Shown here: in pieces, positions 36,030-47,759 of the stretch | Layout: the number at the start of each line of letters is the position of its first letter | Position numbering within the stretch: the first letter of the stretch is position 1 | Assembly (NCBI RefSeq): GCF_001194135.2 | Contig: NC_068988.1 | Coordinates: 77,688,124-77,752,123 of the forward strand | Source of the DNA: Octopus bimaculoides | Taxonomy: Eukaryota | Reading direction: 5' to 3' | DNA length: 64,000 nt | Notes under the pieces: generated by a model | Databases searched by the model: none | The model's input: only the letters and a program-made list of their open reading frames with translations | What the model was told of the DNA's origin: nothing | Position numbers and translations under genes: made by a program

Positions 36030-36330
36030 ATACCGTAAAGACCCATGTAATTTGCGCACCTGTGTAATTTATGCAGGTGATTTTTAGTATGAAAATTGTT
36101 AAAAAAAGCTTATACTCATGTAAAATTTGCACCCAAAAGTTTTCAGAATTGCCAGTATGGCCAGGGGAAAAAGGTTTTCAGTTTAGTTGTATTTAGCATA
36201 ATTTCACTTACTTATGATTAGATTTTATTAAATTCTCACTCAATAAAAATAATTTCTGTTTAACAGGTATAAAATTAAAAGATATTAAATTACAAAGTGT
36301 TTGTGTTGTCTTCTCAATAAATAAAATCCG
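36030..36330 (+). mobile_element. Possible pogo/Tigger-like transposon end
   Basis: taccgtaaagacccatgtaatttgcgcacctgtgtaatttatgca resembles pogo-type TIR starts; no partner TIR found. Confidence 0.3.
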
Positions 36331-36559
36331 TTTTGCTCACTCACCATACCCTCCTCTTCCCTCAACATTAGCCTTGCAATAAAAATGAGAAAATGAAAAA
36401 TATGATGCTGATTGTCTGCTGGTATCAGTATGTGTGAGTGCTTATGTGCGTGCATGTAACTGTTTGAGACTATATGTTTAAGTGTGTGTATGTGTACGTA
36501 ACTGTATGAGTTTGTGTTTGTGTGTCTCCATGCAACTGTGTGAGATTAATCGGAAATAG

Positions 36560-37330
36560 CTAAAGTATTATTTCACAAATTGTGAGTAGACCATCAGGTG
36601 TTTCAACCCAGAATAGCAACATCCTCCTATTGGTATGTCAGCAGAGGTGTCATCTCCTCCAAGCTTAACTCCTTTCTCTTGTTCCACAACCAGCAAGAGG
36701 TTCTTTCTGCTGTCTCTCCCATCCTGTACACAACCACCCTTTCCTCTTTTCGTTTTATCCCAATGGTTGTAACCAACCTCCATAATGACTAGACAAGGAA
36801 TCCCCAACAGCTAACCCTGACTGGGATTAGCCATGACTACCTCTTTGAAATCTTGCAGAAGGCTCTCTTCCATTCAAAGGTTTGATCCCACCATTCTCCC
36901 CATTAGAATGTAAGTTCAATCAAGATTATTTTCTTTGCCTTTTCAGACCACAAAACTACATCTGATCCCAGGGTTCTCTGGACAACCTTGGATAACTGCA
37001 ATTTTTCCCCTTGTCAATTTTCATTTCTCATGATTAGGCCCCATGCAATAGACTATTTCTTTTTGCTGTTCTCACTAGTTTTTTTCCTTCGTTCATGAAC
37101 TTGATTGCTACTGTTGTTTTCCCCTGTTGATACTGTTTCTTCAGCCATTCCTGTTCCAAAGTGTAAGTGTTGCAAGCAAACCGTAACTATCTGGCTGTGT
37201 GTGTGTTGTGCATGTGTGTATGGATAGGTAGATGGTAATTGCTCCATTTTCACAGATGATTGCTATCTCCTTGTGCTTCCTCGTTGTCAGTATCATTTCT
37301 GACTTTCCATCCTCAACCTCTCAGATGACT
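36560..37330 (-). mobile_element. HERO-like RLE non-LTR retrotransposon 3' remnant
   Basis: IKFMNEG..VQRTLGSDVVLWSEKAKKIILIELTF*WGEWWDQTFEWK..CLVIMEVGY resembles the HERO pattern TLRPDIVLWS..K..ILIELTVPWE....AFERK..CLPVEVGC. Confidence 0.6.
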
Positions 37331-38974
37331 GATGTTTATGGTTTGAAGCACAGGTGACAAAAGCTGTAACTTACTGTTCACTTCCAGCTGGTTGGATCTG
37401 CACATGTCATCACTCTTCAGTCACCCTAGGACTTTAAGCAGATGGAATGACAAATGATGTCAGCATAAAGAGGTATCTGTACATCATTAGATTATAAGGA
37501 AAGATGTTTGTACAACACAGGTGCCACTCTCTGAATCCCCATAATTAATACCTAGCGATAGACTGAAGTGAGATAACCAGTAATCACATTAAATTGCAGG
37601 TTTAACATCTAAGAATGTCTCTCTTCTAGAAGTATGCTGTGGTAACAGTTAGAAATCCCTCACTCCCAGTGGTATTACAGCATATCCTGACACCTACCAC
37701 AGGTTTTTCTGTGTCCCCACACTCAGATGGAATACAATCATATATGCTAGCCAATCAATAGCTGGGGCCCTAACAGGTACTACTACTCTGGGTCAGAATA
37801 GACCTGAGAACAATAGTAGGAGATGGTTTCAACTTCTCTAAACCCTGGAACTCCTGAACCAGGGCTCCACTATTGGATGCAGTTTTAAGTCACACCCAGG
37901 ACGTACATGTATACGTACAGTTAGATAGATAGATACATACATACATACATACATGCATACATACATGTATGCATACATATATACACACATGCATACACAC
38001 ACACACACAAGCAACACACACACACTGAACCAATGGAGTAGTGTATAACATAATGTACTAGCATGACCAGACACACAAAAATCCAGCTACAGACCTCACA
38101 CAGACATACGTGCAGACATGTATATACTCAGATATAAATGTAACAGACATACAGGGACATAGCCAGAAAGACATTTATACACATGCATAAAATAGGTAGA
38201 TAACTTATAGTACATGTGATATAGGAGAAATACAGATGCCATATACAAATGTGAGATGCAGATCTACAGATATGATTTACAACTATAGAGATTAGCCCAT
38301 GCAGATGTACAGATATGAGATACAAATCCACAATAGGAACAAAGTTCTTGACATTTTCTAGAAATGTTTTAGGTGTAAATGCATTTTTGTTAGTTGAAAA
38401 TGATACAACTGAAGCAGTTAAGGAATAGTTTTCTAACCCATGCAGTGTGAATCATCAGTAAAATAACAAAGACTCTAATTTTAATGTTCCATCTTTTTTT
38501 TACCAATGACTGGTTTACATCAACAACTGAATATTTTGCTTCATTATAGATATTAAATATGTGTTGTTCTGTATTAACAGAATCAAAAGACAAAATATTT
38601 TCACCACTTGATAACTTTGTAAATTCTTGTGGAAAATTTATGTCTTTTCAGTGAGATAGAAGAAAGAGTCCTTTGTTTTTCTTAAATTTGGTATTTCATG
38701 CAATCCTTGTTTGGAAATTTTGCTACTTGACTGCATACAACAATTACATCAAACAGTATGACAGAGGGAACTCAGTTGTATTTTTAGCATTTCCATGGTG
38801 CTATTTCACAAATTTTTGATGCTTCAATCAATACTACATTGGCAGTGTGATTGCTTTCTCCTCATTGACTCACTATAACATCAATAACTGAACTCCCTCA
38901 AGCACAACAGTTTCGGAATATTTTCATTCACTTGATTACCCTTTGAATATAAATGGATCATTTCTTTTATCCTT

Positions 38975-39410
38975 ACTTGTTCCAGTCATTAGACTGCAGC
39001 CATGCTGGGGTACCACCTCAAACAATATTAGTCAAATGCATTCAACCCAGTACTTATTATTTTTTGTAAAACCTGATACTTATGCTATCAGTCATTTTTG
39101 CTCAGTGGTTGTCAAGCAGTGGTAGGGGACAAACACAAAGACACACACACATACACACACACACTCACATACACACACTCTCACACACACACACACACAC
39201 ACTTTCACACACACACACACATGCAAACACACACACACACACATATATACATGACAGGCTTCTTTCAATTTCCATCTACCAAATCTTTTCACAAGGCTTT
39301 GGTTGGCCTGAGGCTATAGTTGAAGGCACTTGCCCAAGGTGCCAGTCAATGGAACTGAACCTGGAACCATTGGTTGGCAAGCAAACTTCTTACTACTCAG
39401 CCATGCCTAT
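38975..39410 (-). mobile_element. SINE family 1 with expanded internal (CA)n
   Basis: Both halves present in reverse orientation. Confidence 0.75.
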
Positions 39411-40369
39411 GCTTATGCTAACATTAAAAAAGATTTTTTTTGCTTTCTCTCAATTGAAGAAAATGATGAACCAAAATGTAATAGGCTTATTAAAAAATAT
39501 TAAATGTTTAAATGATAATAAAATTTCAACTTTAAAGATGGTGTTGTGCAAATAGACTTAATTATTTTTTGTGACTATGTAATAAATCAACTACTTATGG
39601 GTAAACCTCCATTATGGTCAACTTTACCTTTTATCCTTCCAGGGCTGACAAAATAAATTTAATTAACTAAACACCTTTCTTTAGAATTGCTGGCCTTTTG
39701 CCTAAATTAGAACTAATTATATGCTAATCAGTAAATTTACAAATTGGTGAATTGGAAACTAATTTTCAAGCGGTAAACTTTTCACACAGAGTGTGGACAT
39801 GTAGTGTATGGGGGTGGTGGTATCAGCAGGAATACAGTTCATTGAACCAACTTGAAGTGGACCTTGTAGACAAGGCACCAGAAGGTCTCATCTTTTAGTA
39901 AGACCTCAGAAGGTCTCACTATTGGCAAGAGATCAAGAAGTCTTACTGCAATTTAGAAGGCAAGAGACATCTCAGACTGTACACTTTACAAGGCTCACCC
40001 TTACTTTGCTGGTGATTCTCATACAATTAATGAAATGACAGACAAACACTGGGCAGTAATGGTGACTTCTACAATCTAACACTTTTTTCTTCTTTGAGGA
40101 AACATCATAGAAATGTTGGTGTGACCAAGCTTTGGCTGTGTGATTTAGATGGAGAGACATAATAGGACCAACTGTTTTGTTTTTTTACTGGTGTGGTTTG
40201 AGGGATGGGGAGCTCTCATGCCCTTTACAGACTCTTCAAGACTAATTTGACTGATGTGGTTAAAGTTCTTCATAAACTGGTGCAGGTTGACATTAGGGGA
40301 ACAATGGTTGGCAGGGTGGGAATTTCAGAGGACTGGACAAAGTAGTTATTATATGAGTAATAGTTTCAA

Positions 40370-40545
40370 ATTTTAGCACAAGGCCAGCAATTTTAGGGTA
40401 GTGGGTAAGTTGATTACAATTGAAACCAGTGCTCAACTGGCACTTATTTTATCGGCCTATTTATTTAAACTCAGAACATAAGGATGGACAACATGCCACT
40501 AAGCATTTTGCCCAACATGCTAACAATTCTGCCTGCTCACCACCT
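40370..40545 (-). mobile_element. SINE family 2 (old copy)
   Basis: Similar to 23370-23585. Confidence 0.6.
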
Positions 40546-40586
40546 TCTAAAATGAATAATGAGAGGAGGAAACATGAGGCCTATTA

Positions 40587-40988
40587 CTCTTTTATTCTTT
40601 TACTTATTTCAGTCATTTGACTGCAGCCATGTTGGAGCACCGCCTTTAGTCGAGCAAACCAACCCCAGGACATATTCTTTGTAAGCCTACTACTTATTCT
40701 ATAGGTCTCTTTTGCCGAACTGCTTAGTTACGGGGACGTAAACACACCAGCATCGGTTGTCAAGCGATTGTGGGGGGACAAACACAGACACACAAACACA
40801 CACACACATATATGTACATGTACATATATACGACGGGCTTCTTTCAGTTTCCGTCTACTAAATCCACTCACAAGGCTTTGGTTGGCCCGAAGCTATAGTA
40901 GAAGACACTTGCCCAAGATGCCATGCAGTGGGACTGAATCTGGAACCATGTGGTTGGTAAGCAAGCTACTTACCACACAGCCACTCCT
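40587..40988 (-). mobile_element. SINE family 1, full length, well preserved
   Basis: Retains several CpGs; both halves intact. Confidence 0.85.
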
Positions 40989-41404
40989 GCACCCTATGAG
41001 AAAGACCCTCACTGTTCCTTATAGTAACAGTAGAAGAGACAAAAGACAGTAATTAACTTTACTTGCACACATCTTCCTGATAACTTTTCTAAAATATGAC
41101 TCAGTAATTTTACCAATTTACATTCCTTGCCACACTAATTTTTATTCTAAACATTTTGGTTGTTAACTTTTGGATCCCTATAAAATATGTAGTATTTTGG
41201 CCCCAGGCTTTCTAGATGTAACCTTTTTTATTGGTGTTGATGTAGTAATGCACTCAGTGTTGATTTTTGATTTCATTTAACTCAGTTTTTAGTTATTATT
41301 GTCTTTGGAAATATTCTACCATGACAAAACCATCTATGATCTGAAAGAGTTTTAATCTGGATTGCTTTCTAATTACTTTATTACTTTTTCTCTCAACCCC
41401 CTTG

Positions 41405-41545
<141 letters not shown>

Positions 41546-42459
41546 CTCCACTCCACTTCTCTCCTCTCTTTCTCTCCATTTTGCTATCCGTCATTTCTCC
41601 CTCTGAACCCCTTTTGCTTTCTCTCCCTCTCTCTCTCCCTCTTCTCTCCCTACCCATTCTTTTCTCTCTCTCTCTCCTCCACCTTCTCTCCATACAATCA
41701 TGAATTTGACATTTGTTTTCAAATTACAATATTTGTTGAAATATTTGAAACAAGGAGTGACATACTGTGAATACTGAAACTAGGTGCGATTAACATTAAA
41801 GCATTCTTTTATTTCATATTATTTTCTATGAAAAAATAAGTTTCCATATGTTTTAAAATGTATAAATGTATGTGTATGTATCTGTGTAAGTGTATGTGTG
41901 TGTGTATAATATATATTATGTAATGTGCTATGTTTATAAATATTACAAAAACTCATTAAACGCACAGAAATCAATATGTTTTATAAACAACAACGTTAAA
42001 GTAACACACACTTGGATATATTGGGTAAATAGATAGTTATCATAGTGACAGGAGATATATTGATGAATAAATATGTAGTCAAGCACACAAGGGAGACACA
42101 TAGATGAAAAGACAGATAAAAGACAAACGTTTTAGGTACAGCAGAAGATAATGTGGATATTGTAACATGATAAACTCAAATAGTATTGTATAAAATAGAT
42201 GTAATATGTTTAAAAGATGGAGTACTATGTTTATTAATAGCTAAGAAACTATCAACAGTATTAGAGACCAGGTCACAGAAGTAGAACAACAATTTTGACA
42301 CCTTAGGAAAAACATTTTTAATGAATACGGTTTTGTGTGTTTTTAATGGTTTGAATGACAATTCCTTGATATTATCACTATGAAAATGTGAAATATGTAG
42401 AAATAATTGAGAACTTTTGAAGTAGCACACTATGAATGTCAGAAGATAAACTGGCAAGA

Positions 42460-42720
42460 TAGACTTTCTTAATTTAGAAAAGAAGCCTGTCATATATGTG
42501 TGTGTGTGTGTGTGCATGCGCATGTGTGTGTGTTTCTGTTGTGTTTGTCTCCACCACCATATGGCAACATCCTTGTTAGTTAGCAGTTCAATGAGATAAA
42601 TTGCTAGAACAAGTACCAGACTACAAAAATAAATAGTTATTAATGATCTGTATGACTAAACTCTTCAAAGCGATGTGAGCATTGTTGCAGTCCAGTGATT
42701 GAATCAAGCAACAGATAAAA
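42460..42720 (+). mobile_element. SINE family 1, 3' part
   Basis: gaagcctgtc..microsatellite..gactaaactcttcaaagcgatg..gcagtccagtgattgaatcaag. Confidence 0.55.
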
Positions 42721-42819
42721 GATATGTCAGTGTGTGATCTATGTAGGTCAGCTGAAAAGTTCACCTGCTGATCAAGATACTCCCATCGCTGTTGCAGTAC
42801 TTGGATCCCAGTTGTGTAG

Positions 42820-43770
42820 AAGCTTTTATCCAGTTAGTCAAAAAATTTATCAACGCCAGATATGATGATGTCACCATCACTGTGATACAGGTTCCCATCC
42901 AAGTGTTTTTTCAAGTTGGGGAATAGATGGATGCAAATCAGGAAAACAGGGAGGCTGATCAACCAGTTCAAAGCCACAGTCATGCACAGCAGCCATTGAA
43001 ACCAACAACTTGTGTGCTGGAGCATTATCAGTTTTCCTGGGTGTTTGGTCTTGATAGTTTTCTGTAACCGTTTCAGCAAGATGGCATAGTACTCTCCATT
43101 GATGTTGTGGCCCTTTTGTGAGCTAGTCAATAAACACAATGCCTTTTGCATCCAGTAAAACTGAGAGGCCATCACCTTCCCTGCAGATGAACCAACTGTG
43201 GCCTTCTTAGGAGCAAGTGAGGAGGGGTCTTTCTGTTGCATGGTTTGTCTCTTTTTCTCTGGCTCAAAGTGATGAACCCAACACTCCTCTTGAGTCAGGA
43301 AACGTTGAAGGAAACCTACTGGATCTGCCTCAAAAAATGTCAAATTTTCCTGTGAAGTGATCAGACCAGTGCAATTTTGATCAGTTGACAAAAGACATGA
43401 CACCTACCTTCGTCATGCCAAGTTCATTGTGTAGAATATTCTCAACTCTCTCATAGGATATGCTAATAGCATTGGCTATTTGATTTAGAGTTGGTTACAT
43501 GTTATCCTTCACCATGTAGTGAACATGATCAATGTTTTTCTCATTGGTGGCAGTTGCAGGGTGTCCAGACCTTGGGTCATCTTCATGACTCTCCCTTCTC
43601 CTCCCAAATTCAGCTGCTCACTTTTGTATTGTTGATAAAACTGGAGCATCATCCCCTAATGTAGCAACCATATCAGTATAAATTTCCTGGGAGGCTAAAC
43701 CCTTTTTCTACTGGTAGTTAATATCATCTTACAACCAAATTTTGTCCATTTTCGCTACTAGTTACAGATC
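42820..43770 (-). mobile_element. Decayed mariner transposon (irritans-like, same family as 19914-20984)
   Basis: FLQRFLTQEECWVHHFEPEKKRQ..SAGKVMAS..INGEYYAILLKRL..FPNLKKHLDG. Confidence 0.85.
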
Positions 43771-43779
43771 AATTGGGCT

Positions 43780-44150
43780 ATGACTTTCTCGGTGACCATC
43801 ATAAATTGGTCTAGAAGTTTGATTTCTCTATACTTGCTTCTCCCTAAGGCATCATCTATGCTCTTAACAGTTGGTGATGCTACTACTATGCCAGTTATTG
43901 TGCATGACAACTTCCTGTATGACTTGATTAACTATCTAGTGGTAATCATGTATCTCACTTCGCCAGATATTTTAAGCATCTCTGCAACCATCCCCCATGG
44001 ACCCATGACTTTTCCCACCTTCATATCCTTGATCACTTTACCTACCACACTGTTGTCAACTTGAATCACTGGTCCCTTTTTGGTGTCAGCATGGGGTGAT
44101 CCCTGTTTATCCCATGCATTCTCCACATTCAGCACTCTTCCTTAATAGCA
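43780..44150 (-). mobile_element. RTE RT N-terminal fragment
   Basis: IKDMKVGKVMGPWGMVAEMLKISG, similar to 10049-10303. Confidence 0.65.
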
Positions 44151-44463
44151 CCTCCACATCAAGACTAAAAGGAAATAAAAACTGAGTTATCAGGTGATAA
44201 AGGTTGCATACATTTCTTTGGAACACCCTGAGTGTGTGTGTGTGTATATATGCATACATACATGCATACATACAGATATATATATATATATNNNNNNNNN
44301 NNNNNNNNNNNNNNNNNNNNNTATTTCTTTCATGTTTCAGCCCAAAAGCTGTGGTCGTGCTGGAGCACTGTCAGTGTAATCACTTTTCAGTGGCCATTCT
44401 TATGCTACTTTTGATGAAGGTGAGAATGATATATCTATCTATCTATCAATCTATCTATCTATA

Positions 44464-44517
<54 letters not shown>

Positions 44518-44786
44518 GGTGTATACAACTAAAGTAGTATCAAATTAAAATAAGCACTTGTGTACCATAGTTAATGTATTTACATCGTTAACAGGCAAGT
44601 CGTTGCAGTTTTCATCTGAAATAGAATCTTTTACAGATGTACTGTGTTTAAAAGTACATGGGTGACTAAACAAATGAAAGTAGTACTCAATACATTTGCA
44701 GTTATATATTTAAGAAATGAGGAATTATGTACGTTATTTACATTATTTACAATTGACGGATATTTGTCTTCATCTTGTTTGTTGCT

Positions 44787-44832
44787 AACACAATGTTTTG
44801 GCTGATTTACCCTCCAGCCTTCATCAGGTGTC
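44787..44832 (-). ncRNA. Hammerhead motif family C, GAAA mutated to AAAA
   Basis: GACAC-CUGAUGA-AGGCUG..CAGCC-AAAAC-AUU-GUGUU. Confidence 0.5.
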
Positions 44833-44875
44833 TTGGGAAAATTTCGAACCTGGGTTCTCATTCCTGAACACTAAC

Positions 44876-44969
<94 letters not shown>

Positions 44970-45016
44970 TCAAAAAATACCTTAGGAATGAGAACCCAAG
45001 TTTGAAATTTCCCTAA

Positions 45017-45062
45017 GACACCTGATGAAGGCTAGAGGGTACATCAGCCGAAACATTGTGTT
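45017..45062 (+). ncRNA. Hammerhead motif family C, helix III palindrome disrupted
   Basis: GACAC-CUGAUGA-AGGCU..AGCC-GAAAC-AUU-GUGUU (AACAUU rather than palindromic AACGUU). Confidence 0.55.
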
Positions 45063-45444
45063 AACAACAAACAAGGTGAGGACAAATATCTGTCAATTGT
45101 AAATAATGTCAATACATTGGTTGTAGTTACATGCATTTTATAACAGCTTGATTCAGCTCCACATGACTTAAAATTTCATGGGACACAAGACATGTACATG
45201 AAACTTAAAGCTATGTGGAGCTGAGTCAAACTGTTATCAAATATGTCTGTTTGTGTGTATGTTTGTACATATAACAAGGTATCTATACATGAATACATTG
45301 AAAGTAAGGAGTAAGTTGATGGTAAAACTTCCTCCACAAGTTATACAACATTTTATAATCACTCACCCTCATTTAGATTTAGTAGTGGTATGAATCCCTT
45401 TCTTCACTTTCTCACCATTTACTTCTTCTCTTGAAAATGTACAG

Positions 45445-45475
45445 CAAAGAGAACAGCAACAGTAGTTCAGTTTGA
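45445..45475 (+). CDS. Candidate alternative terminal exon (..S)KENSNSSSV*
   Basis: Pyrimidine tract and cag at 45442-45444; in frame with the phase-2 donor of 22606-22664; AATAAA at 45830-45835. Confidence 0.3.
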
Positions 45476-45723
45476 CTCCCATTATTAGGAGAGAACTCTG
45501 AGGCAAGTTCCATGTGATAATGCATATATAATGAAACTTTATCATATAAGAGGATTAATTGATAATTTCCTGTTTGTAATGTTGAACAATTTCCACCCAG
45601 ATATAATTATTTACTCTGTTGTTTCCATGTGTGTAGGCGCAGTAGCATGTGAATAACTCTGAAATCTAGTTTTGACTGACATCTATTTTATCTTTTTCTA
45701 ATTCTTTCCCTGTCACTCTCCAG

Positions 45724-45745
45724 TACTGATATGGAAATGCCTCAG
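45724..45745 (+). CDS. Candidate 22-nt micro-exon (..S)TDMEMPQ
   Basis: Acceptor ctaattctttccctgtcactctccag, donor CAG|gtgagt; phase matches exon 22606-22664. Confidence 0.45.
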
Positions 45746-46475
45746 GTGAGTATTTAAGCTAATAACTCCTGCATAAACCCTCTGGCCAAGAAAGTAAATT
45801 TATGACCTCCTGTATGAGGAGATTTGGTAAATAAATACAGAATAAGGTGAGAAATTGATTCAGTCATCATTTTATGATGTTTAGTGGAGGTGGAACATAG
45901 ATTCAGAAAACCTGCAGCATAGGCTCCAAATCTTGGTGAAATTTTGTTGGAGTACTTCCTATAATTGTTAAATTAATGTCAAGCATGATAAATCTAACAG
46001 TTTGGCAAAATCCTAATTTAAATTCGAAGGTAATAAATGAAACTTCTGAGTGGGTAAATGATCAGTATTTTAAATAAGTGGTTAAGCTGACTCCAGTGAA
46101 TTTCAATGTATTTCTGGCATTTATTTCTAAGTGATATTGTCTTCATGTCCGACCAGAAGCCTCCTATCATATATACAATTTTTAATGATTGATATAACTT
46201 GTCACAGATATATTAATTTCTCTAATATATAATTCTGTTTGAATACAGAAGGACATAAAATGAAAAAAATGTGGCTGCTACATACATTAACTAATCAGAA
46301 GTTTATTATTTACAGTACTTGATTATTGGTGAATACAGCAGAAGATCAGAGTTGCTGATTTAGTTTCTAGTTATATCTGAGACTGTAGACCATTAGATAT
46401 GATGTTTTAATGCATCTAGTTTTACCAGAGGTTATATTTATGGCAAAGAAACACCACATTTTCTGACTTATGTTA

Positions 46476-46535
<60 letters not shown>

Positions 46536-46717
46536 GGAGAAATTATACAAAATATATAAATGGATGACAAGGAAGCACCAGCACAGTTTTGATTACCTGT
46601 TATTATCTGTAAATTTACTACACGAACTGTGGTTGGGGTAACAGAACAGACTGAAATATTTGTTGTACCCAATAAAGTTTATTACACATTCCATCTCTTA
46701 TTTTATTAACACTGTTT

Positions 46718-46754
<37 letters not shown>

Positions 46755-46757
46755 GTT

Positions 46758-47652
46758 TGATAGGGTACCGAAAAGTAACCAGAAACATTCTCTGTGGGAC
46801 AAACCCACTGTAAGTTCAGGCTTCCACCACTAGATGCCACTTGATGCAACCTTCAGACATCAGTCTGCTGACCAGCATCGTTGTGTGGAATCATACTGCC
46901 ATGTGGTACATCTTTGTTTTGTAGTGTGAAGAACAAGGGAGAACCCCTGTTCATTGACTTTTGTGATGGCTGAAAGGAAGGAACAGCATGCTTCCGTGAA
47001 ATTCTGTTTTTTGCTGGGGAAAATGGCAGCCAAAACAATTGTCATGCTTCAAACAGCTTGCAAGGATGCTGCCATGAGCAAAACACAAGTGTACAAGTGG
47101 TTCCTACACTTTAGGAATGGTTACTTGTTGCTTGAAAACCAACCTCATTCAGAACAACTGCTGACCTCCAGGATGTATGAAGGCATAGTGAAAATTCATG
47201 AACTGATCTTGGAGAACTGTCACCGAACAATTGATGAACTTGTTGATATGACTGGTGTATCCAATGAATTTTGAGTGAGGGATTATGAATGAAAAGAGTT
47301 GCAGCAAAACTTGTGCCTTGCTTGCTCCCAGAATAATAAAAGAATGTGTATCATGTACTGAAAGAACAGCTGGAAGTTGATCCAGACCTTTTTTCGAAGG
47401 TCACTACTGGTGATGAAAGCTGGTGCTATGGAATTTGCAGATGTGGAAAGAGGTGAAGGAAAAAATGATGGAGGCATTAAAAGGAATCACTTCATAAGAG
47501 TTCCAGCACTGCTTCGAATAATGGAAAATGCATCTGGACAAATGCATTGCTTCTAATGGAGAATACTTTGAAGGCAATAAAAGTGTAAACATATAAAATT
47601 TAGGGAATAAAATAATATTGCAATATTCCAGTTTCTTTTGGGTACCCTCTCA
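46758..47652 (+). mobile_element. Internally deleted mariner transposon
   Basis: Imperfect TIRs (agggtaccgaaaagtaacc / gtttcttttgggtaccct); HTH region EQHASVKFCFLLGK..; jumps from VTTGDESWCY to the C-terminal ..CIASNGEYFEG. Confidence 0.85.
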
Positions 47653-47759
47653 CGTGTATGTATGTATGTATGTATGTATGTATGTATGTATGTACATTCA
47701 TTTGTTCTTTTTCTCTTTTTAATTTTGAATAAATTTTGACCAGCCACCTAATTAGTAGC

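Larger units (their letters stand above)
44735..45115. repeat. Head-to-head inverted pair of PLE-type repeats, each with a family C hammerhead, separated by (AAT)~30
   Basis: 44735-44865 is the reverse complement of 44984-45115; (AAT)n at 44876-44966. Confidence 0.85.

Noticed and set aside
37145-37162. 18-nt symmetric micro-exon candidate (cag|CCATTCCTGTTCCAAAGT|gtaagt)
   Set aside because: Falls antisense within the HERO-like remnant; likely chance, although exonisation cannot be excluded
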